Positions 55,001 to 64,000 of a stretch of DNA of 64,000 bases are shown here, in pieces (the first letter of the stretch is position 1; each line of letters opens with the position of its first letter). The translations under genes were made by a program, and so were the position numbers. This DNA comes from Styela clava (taxonomy: Eukaryota): the NCBI RefSeq assembly GCF_964204865.1, contig NC_135259.1, forward strand, positions 15,872,001 through 15,936,000, given 5' to 3'. The notes beneath the pieces are model-generated. The model made no database searches and had not been told where the DNA came from. It saw nothing but the letters and a program-made list of their open reading frames with translations.

Positions 55001-58000
55001 CATATCATTCAAATTTTTCAATTTCGATTGTTTTCAGGTATTTCAGTGGTCCGAAATATAAAGAGGCGTGTATTTCAGTGGTCCGAAATATAAAGAGGCG
55101 TTGAATGCACTCGACGTCACCCCGTCTCTGAAAAAACACACAAAACGTGCCTTGGCCTGTTTGTAGCTTGCCATATCCTAATACGCGGCGGGAGAGTTGG
55201 CTACTTTTCTTTTATGAAGGTAGGCGAGCTCAAACAGGCCAGGGAATATGAAGACGAAGGGTTGATCCAAATCGTAGTGGAGGAGCAAAAAATTAAGGAC
55301 GAGATAGGTTTTCTCACAATGTCACGAGAAGACTACCAAATGTTTTTAAAGGTAAGAAAACTTCATAAATGCATTCGCTTCCATTGGACTATAATTTTAT
55401 ATGTACATACAACGTAAAATAACAGGATATATTCAATCATGGAACTCTACAAAGTATACCCTAATATTCAAATATATGTAAAATACTGTCGATACTACAA
55501 AATATATTTAACTATCGATAATCATTTCTATTTTCATTTTTAGCTGGTCAACACGTTTAAAAATGTAAACGAAAGAGAAGACACGGAATACGCATTATCA
55601 ACCCCTTCCAAGGAAAAAATGCGTGTGGACAAATGCGTAAGATCCTCACTGGCGAAAGTATTTGGTGAAAATATAAGCATTACTTACAGTAGTTGGTGTA
55701 GATTTTGAGAAGATCCGTGATGGGATAGATTTGGCCCAAGCGTCTGCTAGCAGACAGAAGAAACAGAAAACATCCCTAAAAAACGTTACGGACCAGGCAC
55801 GGATGGAGAAGCTATTGGGACCCGTCATTGAGTACCGTAAATATTAAGTGATTTAGTGAGTTGTAAAAAAAAAACAAGTATCCTAACAAAACTAACAACA
55901 ATCTAGCAAAACTATCCATAATCCATGTACGCAATGGAAAAACTGAATTTATAATATTCCAAGCGATTCTGATCAAATATATTCGGTTAAAAATCGTTGT
56001 TATTATTGGTCAGATTTTTATTTGAATCCTGAAGAAAAAGTGTACCTATGACAGCTCAACCTGGCTAACCATCTGGAATATTCTTGATTCAGAATTGGCT
56101 ACCCCTTGTTATCCCCTGGGTGAGGCAATGGGTGTGGAGATTGAACCACCGACACCAACATAGATAGATAAAACGTTCTAACCCAGGAGTGGGCAAGGTT
56201 TTCGGACCGAGGGCCAAAAATTTTGCCCATCCAGACAATATTTACAGTGTTACAAAAGCAAAAGTGGAAAACGATAAGTCTCATGCTAAAACTCAATCGA
56301 CCACTAGGCCACTGGACAAATATGGTAAAGGAAGTAGGTCTGGAGGATTTTTAGAGGTAACATCACTGATAGAAGGTTAGTTAAAGATTCAGTTTCTTAA
56401 TTCATATAGTGTCATTACCTTTGCATTACATTTTTCACAGAAATAGGCATTATCTCCTTCTAATTTTTCACCAGCAACAAACTGATCAAGAGAATCCAAT
56501 AAATTTCCACATTTCACAGGTAGATTTAAAGCAAAATACGGTTCTTCTCTTTCATATCTGAGGTGATTGAAAAGCATAATTAATACAAATGAAAAGCAAG
56601 TGCGTAAACCCCAAGTCAAGATTAGGGTCACAAAAGTCACTACAAGACGCCTCACTGTTGTTTCTAGCCGCAAGTCAAGTTCGATGGATATGGATTAACC
56701 AAATTACAAATAACACTGTCTGCTGTTACCAGTCATGCTATAGTATGCGAATAGTTACCCAGGATATCACTTCAGATTCATTGTGTAAAGTTTATTTGCC
56801 CTCAAGGCAGATACACATATACAGGTCCTTATCCAGGCCTGTCATAAACTAGAATGAACCATCACACCAAAGTAACACCCTCGCACGCACACATGTAAAC
56901 AAGTAATAATTACTCAATAACAACAAGTAATGGCACAATGATTACAAGTGTCTGGTAAAGTAATCAGACCAAAACATTCACACATTGCTTTGGATGGTAG
57001 ATTAGAAGGAGACCGCAACGGATCACCAGTATTTGAAACACCTTCAATCATCAATTTTTTCACACATAATCATCCCAACATGATTCAAATTCGCAAACCC
57101 GTATGTAGCAAGGATATTTGAAGTCCAACACATTCATGATATATTTCTAATCTAAGTTGTTTTCTCATTACCAGATCTATTCAAAGTAAACAGCTAACAT
57201 GCTAATAATGCAATAACATATTTTTCAAAAATGTAAAGGGATAACACTCACTTATGGGGACAGCCTTCGCATATTTTTTGGTCAGAAAATAATCCTTGAA
57301 GTGTTTTCTTAAACAAAGGTTCTTGATTTTTGCTCTGCAAAATATGATAATATGAAAGAATGACAAATAAAACGAACAATACAAAGCAGTAAGCGGACAA
57401 TACCATCATACCCAAAATAAAAACATCAGTTGAATCATTTAATCAGGTATTCCTGTACATCAATAACATAAAATAACAAGATAGAGCCAATTTATTTGTC
57501 AGGTCATCGACAGTCGTCATGTAGCCCACCACCAATCAATTTTTGTTATGTTTAGCATGTTTACTCTGACCAAAACTATATACAAGTATCTGCTTAGTCA
57601 TGAAAAAAGTCATATGACCTTTTTTAGTTTGACATAGCTTGCCCAATTTATTACATCCTACAAGAACAAATACCGGGGGGGCTAACCATAGCTCAACAAT
57701 TAGATCTAACTAGTACATCATTAGGCCAAGTCACTCACTGCTAGTCAACCAAGCAAACGAGAGGATTGTCATTTTACGATACTTTTCTTTTTGTTTTTTT
57801 GTTCAGCTAAGAAGAAAGTTATGGTTACTGAAAGACTACAACCATTCCTTTAATAAATTGTTTTGAATACAACAATGACACAGTCATACTTAATGACTAT
57901 CTTGTTAAAGCGACTCCAAAGTATATTTAATAAATGTCTTAATTATACAGCGAATAAATGTCCAAAGCAATAACATAAGTAACACACACAGACATAAACA

Positions 58001-61000
58001 CCACCAACCGAGCTGTGCTCCAGACTACTCAGTGCACATGGCCAAATCACCTTCACAGGTGGTTGGTCATGATCAGTCACCTGAAACTGATGACATCAAA
58101 GGTCATGCTCAACCATCTGGGAAAATGCTAGTTGCCAGAAATACAGCTAACAATCTCCCCAATTTCCAATTTCAAATAAAAGTTTAACATAATGCATTTA
58201 ACAGTTCGTGTGAAGATGCTCCTTTCTTAGTCAAACAATCTGCTAATTGTTGATCACTCGGAAGTTTCTTTATGCAGGAGATTTGATGGGATGAAACCAT
58301 TTCTTTTAAACCATAAATGTCAATCCTGAGACGTTTCTCTGATACAGCTTTTGTCGACTTGATTGCATCACAAAGGCTTTGACTATCAGTACAACATTCA
58401 ATGCCAAATTTTTCTGGTTGAACTCTTCCAGTCGTTAGTTCAAGAGTACAACGCTGCTAATAACACCGCTGTATCAACACCATCTGACATAGAGAGGGTT
58501 TCAGCAGAAAGTGTGCTTCTCACGACTCTTTTGATTCGCTTGGATTGCCAACATAAAGGTATTTTCCTGTTTCCACCACTCATGAATACAATATGGCCAC
58601 CTTGCGTGCCTCCATCACACAAATTACCAAATGATGCATCGCTATAAACAAGAAACTTAACTTCATTGTCATGGAAAGCAGGAAATTTCAAAGTGACCTT
58701 TTGTGCTTTCAGTTGCTTGACAATTTTGTTAACTTCTATCACAGTTTTAACAGTGCAATTCTTTAAAGCAGATGTGAGTGTAGATGATGCAAATGATACA
58801 TCTGGCCGAGTTTGATTTGAGACCCACAGTATCTGGCCAAGTAAAGATCGAACTTTCAAGACATCAGCTTCGATTAAAAGCTCACTTCCACTCTTAGTTT
58901 TCAATGAACGGATATCAATCGGAAGCAGTAAGTGTGATAAGTGTGATATCTTCCTTATCAGTCTTTAATTCAAGTCCTAAATATTTGAAACTTTCAGTAT
59001 ATTCCACTCCAACTTTGAACTGCTCTCTCAAACTCTTGATGAATTTGCCTTCGAATTCTTCCGAACCGCCCCACAGAAAGTCGTCCACATGCAAAGCGAT
59101 CACCCCTTTTAAACCATGATCGAAATAATAGAATAAAGCAGGATCCACTACAGAGATACGAGCACCTAATTTTAGAAGCGTTTCCTTAACACTTTCGTAC
59201 CAATACATTGAAGCATCAGTAAGACCATATACGCATTTCTTCAATCGCCACACAGCATTTCGCTTCTGTATTTTCTGATCAGGTGGTTTGATAAAAATAT
59301 CACGCTCGAGAGATTTTCCCTGCAAGAAGGCAGTTTTAATATCCATAGTTTTTGGCGACCATTTCTTTTGTGCAAGCAGTGCTAAAACAAGTCTGAGACT
59401 TTCTTTAGAACATGTTGGGGAATCTGTCTTCAATTCACTGAGACAATCTTCTTCAAAACCTCTAACTACTAGTCTAGCTTTTGGTTTTGGTCCATTGTCA
59501 GTCTTTTTTATTGAACACACCCATCTTGTACTTAACAACTTTTGGCCTTTACTTTCTTCCTCTGTGTAGACATCATTTTGCTTCCAGCTGTGCAGTTCCT
59601 TCATCTTTGCTTCAAGAAAGAGGTCTTCGTTAATCAACATCACTTGATCAACAATTGGTATTTCTTCAGCTGGTAAATCATCCATAATAGATAGATTCTC
59701 AACAGTGTCAAGATCAATGGATGTCTTTGTGCCTTTTTCAGATGAAGGTTGCAAATACTCAATATTATACCAGCTACTGTACTTTCCTGTTGCTTTACCA
59801 GTCCGCCCAAGTACTTTTGCAACTTTTTTATTGCCAGTTACATCCTCTTTGAATTCTACTATTTGACCACGTTTAGGATCTCTCTTCACAACAGGTGAAG
59901 CCGAGAGTCCATCGTTATATTCTAACTTGTCCACTGCTGCAAGAACCAATTGTTTTCTTTTAAAGCAAGATTTGTTCCTTTGAGAAGTTTACACGCCAGT
60001 ACAGTGTCCGGTAACTCCATGCCAAATTTTCTCATTTTGGTGTTCACTGTCAAATCTTGATAAGTAATCTCTGATGTTTTCATTTTCCAGTCTTACTAAA
60101 TTCTCAAATTCCGTGTATGTTTCATACGTTCTATCAGAAGTCTCTCTCTCAAAAACACCATCTAATTTTACAAGTAATGTTTGCATTCCATCATCTCTGT
60201 TCAATTCCTCAGAGCTTTTTTCTAGAGCAACTTCTCTAGCTTTTCCACATAAGCTCAATGTCACTGCTAAAGCTTGCTTTTTCTTGTCAAGGTCTGTAAT
60301 TAATCTCCACATAGAGATCTCATTCTTCCATTGATCGTATGGCTTCTCTCCCGTCAACAAAGGAGGATTCTTGTATCCTTGAGAAGTCATTGCACATCCT
60401 CTGCTACCATTTGTTAAAGCGACTCCAAAGTATATTTAATAAATGTCTTAATTATACAGCGAATAAATGTCCAAAGCAATAACCAAAGTAACACATACAG
60501 ACATAAACACCACCAACCGAGCTGTGCTCCAGACTACTCAGTGCACATGGCCAAATCACCTTCACAGGTGGTTGGTCATGATCAGTCACCTGAAACTGAT
60601 GACATCAAAGGTCATGCTCAACCATCTGGGAAAATGCTAGTTGCCAGAAATACAGCTAACAATCTTAGGCATAAAATTTTGTCATAAAAACTGGTGCTCC
60701 AAAAGTATGTGCACCAATATGGAGGTAACTAATTTTGTTCGCCTACTTTACATTAAGTTGTGTAAAGGGACGAAAGCCTATGGGCAGGAGGTATATCCAC
60801 AGACAGTCCCCAAACTCGAAATAGAATTAAAATAAGGAAAACAGGAATGAAATTATGGCCTAACCCTAACCTGGTACACACACTACGGGAGTACTCCAAA
60901 AATCTGCTCAAAGCACTGCCCCACGCACTCACTCAAAAGTAAAAAGAGACTCATTTTTGAGGAGATGCTGACACAAGATATTTTCCTCCTATCTCAAACT

Positions 61001-63732
61001 TACCTTTAAATATTCATCAACTTGGTCTGATAAATCAGTAAAGAACATGAATGCATCTTGTTGCTCTCTGACGTTAATTGCTTGTCCCCAAAGTTTAAAA
61101 TTTTTCCAAAATGTTTCAGGAATAAAATATTGTAGTCTGGATTCTGATAGATGACCAAATATACGTTGCAATTGATATAATATAGTAGATTCCTCATTTG
61201 CATCTCCGAATTCAGTGCAAATTAGAGGCTGTCAATAAATACATAAAAAATTTCATCACGAATCAAAAATGTGTCTCAATGACTCAATGACAACAGGTAA
61301 AATGTTTCGTTACAGGGATGGCCAATACCGAATAATTCACTATTTCGAAGACATTCGAAATTATTCTTTTTGAATATGAAATTTCGAAGAAATTATTATT
61401 ATCTGTATGAAGGAATTTGCATACAATACAACAATGGAATAACTGTTATCTACAAGCTGGCTACCAGACATTTTATGTCCGCCGATTGCCGTGATATTTT
61501 ATAGTAGTATGCTTATTTTATTACGAATCAAAATTAATTATAATCAGCCAGTTTACCATAAATTTTATGTCCATAGATTGCCGTAGTATTTTAGAGTTGT
61601 AATGCTTTTGTTTTTCGTAAGTACGAAAATAGGAATCAAAAACTAATCATAATCTGGCAGTTTACCACACATTTTATGTCCGCAGATTGCCACAGTATTT
61701 TAGGGAATTAATGTATTAATATTTTGGTGAGTCGACGCAACCATGAGTTTTGTTTAACACAATTAAATTGATACGGCAAGGCGTTTTAAATGCTGGTATC
61801 ATATTTGAATATTTTGTCGCAACAGAAAATCATCCTAGTAAAAGTCTATACATTTTAACTATCATTATCAAAATTTTCTGCCAAAAAACGGGAAATAGTG
61901 TGAATTGTTTTTCCATGAGTATGAAAATACAAATAAAAAATTAATAGTAATCGGGCAGTTTACACACATTTCATGTCCGCAGATTGTCGCGGTATTTTAT
62001 AGTAATGCTTTTATTTTTTCGTAAGTTGACGCAACCATGAGTTACGTAAATTAAACAAAATTGAATCAATACGGTAGGGCACATTAATTGAGGCGCACGC
62101 TCGCACAGAAGATAAAAAACAATCAAAGTGCCGATACTATTTCACCGTCATTGCAATATGGACAAAGCACAGAAAATCGTTCGAAGATTTTCCTCTTAAA
62201 CGAAACACCTCGCTGATGGCGCAAAGTGGCTATTATTCAGAATTATTCGAAAATCAGCTAAAAATATATTCGAATACTTTGATATACAAATACATTTTAC
62301 ACCCTTGAGTGAGGTGGGAGATCTTTAGCCTATGACACATACACTCAAATATATATATTTGCATAGATTGGTTTGGTTATTATAGATCATTAAGCTTCGG
62401 CCATTGCAGTTTAAAAGTAGCAACTATAAATAAACTCACAGCAAGATTTTTAATCATAAATAATTGTTGCAGAATACTGTTCATGTAACAAGTTGCTCCT
62501 GCATTTTTCAAACCAACCAATCCATGTTCAGGCCGGGAGTCGACGAGAGGTTGAAAATCAAATTCCTGAAAAAAAGAAAAAATTAGAATAGGTTGGTAGT
62601 CATAAGATGTAGTCATAGGTTGGTTCAATTCAGGGATAACTGTACTTTAGAAAAATGCCACAGAGGAGAATAAAGATTGCAGACATCTGATCTAAGGTGC
62701 GAGAAACTATCTAATAGGGCTCACAATATCCAGAATGCTTAACAAGGTCAATAGCAGGATAGATAATAAAATATTACAATTTAAATTCTCCTACCTTAGA
62801 TCTCGATAAGTCAGGATAATGATGCATTGATAGTAGTTGAGATGAAACTTGTTGCAAATTCAAAATACATTCGTGACATAATTCAATCAATACACTGAAT
62901 GCTGCTGATCTTGATTCATTCGAACTGCATCTGAGATAAACAGAATATAAATACAAGATAAAGGGGTTTATTGTAATGATGCAAAGCAATGCCCAAAGTC
63001 AAAGGAAAAATATTTCAGAAACAAGAATCGTCTAGCATCTAGGAATTATACGAGAGAAAAATTCTCAAATATATAGACATACAGTTCCAACCGCAGTGAC
63101 AGCAAAATTCCATGAAATAATAAATAAATTATATCAGAAGTGGTGTAACAGTTCCATATAACAATGTTCCACTTTAAGAAAAAAAAACAGAAAAGCTTTT
63201 GGGTGAAATATCTGGCCCAGTAGGATTGAGAAAAAGGTAGAAGTGAAAAAGAAAATTAAAGGTATAGCATCCTAGCAACTTCAATGCTCTTCAACTGCTG
63301 GAAATTTTAAATTGACCAATTGCACAATAGCAATTAGAACAACCTCTCCAACAACAAATAATTACCAAAGGTTAACAAAAAAATATCTCATACTGAGACT
63401 GTTAAAAGATTACAATTGAAAAAATCATTACTATTGGTATGTGTAAAAAGTTATTCATGGATATCGAGATATTCGAGAACTTTTTTCCAAAAAAATTATC
63501 TCATTTTTTTTCATTTTCTCAGAAATCATGCCCCCTTGTGTATCTGAATTTATTATAAAATCCATTTTTGCATCACTTTACTTGTATAAATTACAGTTTT
63601 CAAAAACATTGTCTTACTTAGGTTGAAAATCAGAAAATATTCTTTTTCCTCTCGCTTGTGTTGAACTATCGAGAATTAATTTTGAGGCAGGAAACAAAAA
63701 TTCAGTCAATAATTTTGATATCAGTTGGGAAC
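37063..63732 (-). CDS. USP24: Ubiquitin carboxyl-terminal hydrolase 24-like, 3' portion (continues beyond window)
   Basis: Cys box [18 protein letters not shown] (about 62440-62565); FWKNFKLW...VREQQDAF; exons 57334-57252, 56557-56419 and 48730-48550; His box [23 protein letters not shown] (about 47979-48087); WFKFND; [13 protein letters not shown]-terminal [18 protein letters not shown] is USP24-type rather than USP9-type. Stop at 37063. Confidence 0.9.
37324..37528 (+). mobile_element. MITE family A copy
   Basis: Homologous to 4659-4851. Confidence 0.85.
38989..39652. mobile_element. piggyBac-type non-autonomous element
   Basis: TIR CCCTTTCC(G/A)TGC; flanks GTAA and TTAA. Confidence 0.7.
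43177..43692 (+). mobile_element. Two tandem tRNA-derived SINE copies (43177-43340 partial, 43366-43692 full)
   Basis: A-box-like TGGCGCATCGTGCTAAGCG and B-box-like GTTCGAACCC; shared body; 3' end matches 19127-19410. Confidence 0.75.
46611..46818 (-). mobile_element. MITE family A copy (reverse)
   Basis: Reverse complement of 4659-4851. Confidence 0.8.
47514..47775. mobile_element. hAT MITE nested in an older Charlie-like MITE (about 47349-47841)
   Basis: TIR CA(G/A)TGTTCCCTCTAA with perfect 8-bp TSD ttcgtaac; outer CAGTTGTTTCCAAA...TTTGGGAACCACTG. Confidence 0.88.
49325..50421 (+). pseudogene. YR gene C-terminal half (exons 4-5), unit 1
   Basis: Exons 49325-49606 and 49793-50421 carry ILIRSGRVG (R), VKEQKIK (K), SITLMRK (R) and [13 protein letters not shown] (H, Y). 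After a frameshift: PKKRK and a helical C-terminal domain. Confidence 0.8.
51449..52549 (+). pseudogene. YR gene C-terminal half, unit 2 (inactivated)
   Basis: Same exons as unit 1. Donor GT changed to GG at about 51728, TAA after GHSF, and catalytic Tyr codon TAT changed to CAT. Confidence 0.8.
52861..53134. promoter_or_regulatory. Array of 14-bp TGTCGCA(A/C)TGTCGA motifs in both orientations inside the YR element
   Basis: Copies near 52898, 52921, 52981 and 53121 (forward) and 52961, 53013, 53043 and 53103 (reverse). Function is inferred. Confidence 0.55.
53470..54601 (+). pseudogene. YR gene N-terminal half (exons 1-3): acidic region, two C2H2 fingers, core-binding-like domain
   Basis: Exons 53470-53767, 53966-54143 and 54245-54601: [62 protein letters not shown]. 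Two frameshifts. Confidence 0.8.
57903..60661 (-). mobile_element. Ty1/Copia LTR retrotransposon (GalEa-like), internally deleted
   Basis: 250-bp TG..CA LTRs at 57903-58152 and 60412-60661 (3 mismatches counted by eye); TSD ATCT. PBS TGGTAGCAGAGGATG (tRNA-iMet) at 60409-60395 and PPT next to the 3' LTR. gag from 60390; [13 protein letters not shown] and ALHVDDF; RNase H VYSDAS and RSTLSAET. Confidence 0.95.
60693..60896 (-). mobile_element. MITE family A copy (reverse)
   Basis: Reverse complement of 4659-4851. Confidence 0.85.
61313..62277. repeat. Probable decayed hAT-like element with internal repeats
   Basis: Starts CAGGGATGGCCAATACCGAAT; ATTCGAA motifs near both ends; four copies of ttacca.acatttt atgtcc...gattgcc...gtattt. 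No clear right TIR. Confidence 0.45.
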
Positions 63733-64000
63733 CTGAAACATGGATATTGAAAAAGTTCAAAAAATAGAATAATTTACTGAAATCTTCAAATTGCATTTTG
63801 AATAAATCAAACATTTTTTTATTTGAGTTGGTGTAAAATTTTTTATATTTATCCGGGGAGAGAAGAAAGTAGATAAAACTACTTATTCATAGGGCATGTC
63901 GCATCTTTGCCAGTAGCTGAACCATCCTGTGACGACGAGGAGCCAAGCAATGTTTTGTCACTGTAAATTTGAGTCGTAAATGCAAGTGCGTTCTTAACAA

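Larger units (their letters stand above)
48890..55832 (+). mobile_element. Tandem array of three units of a tyrosine-recombinase (Crypton-like) element with a permuted gene
   Basis: Units 48890-51015, 51016-54602 (full, 3587 bp) and 54603-55832. Each starts TAAGTACTTT and ends CCCGTCATTGAG. TACC flanks both outer ends (48886-48889, 55833-55836). Confidence 0.9.

Noticed and set aside
48890-55832. DIRS-type retroelement or prophage reading of the YR array
   Set aside because: No RT/RNase H, gag or phage genes; the gene has spliceosomal introns.

Overview
AT-rich, intron-containing animal DNA. Gene content (an LDLa-7TM GPCR without LRRs, compact introns, a GalEa-type Copia) suggests a marine invertebrate chordate such as an ascidian; that is inference. 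Host genes: the 3' part of an LDLa-GPCR (+), an orphan low-complexity protein with a C-terminal TM anchor (-), a 6-exon lipocalin (-), four tandem TMEM35/NACHO-like genes (-), an intronless HYKK-like kinase (-), mago nashi (+), and the 3' half of USP24 (-). Many MITEs/SINEs and an internally deleted Copia LTR element lie in the introns. The standout is a 6.9-kb array (48890-55832) in a USP24 intron, made of three head-to-tail units of a tyrosine-recombinase (Crypton-like) element. Its spliced C2H2-zinc-finger + YR gene is circularly permuted. Every unit starts TAAGTAC and ends CATTGAG, and that boundary falls inside the GT of the gene's third 5' splice site. The complete recombinase gene and a perfect GTAAGT donor therefore exist only across end-to-end junctions (circle or tandem). 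All exon models and family calls were made by eye, without database searches.
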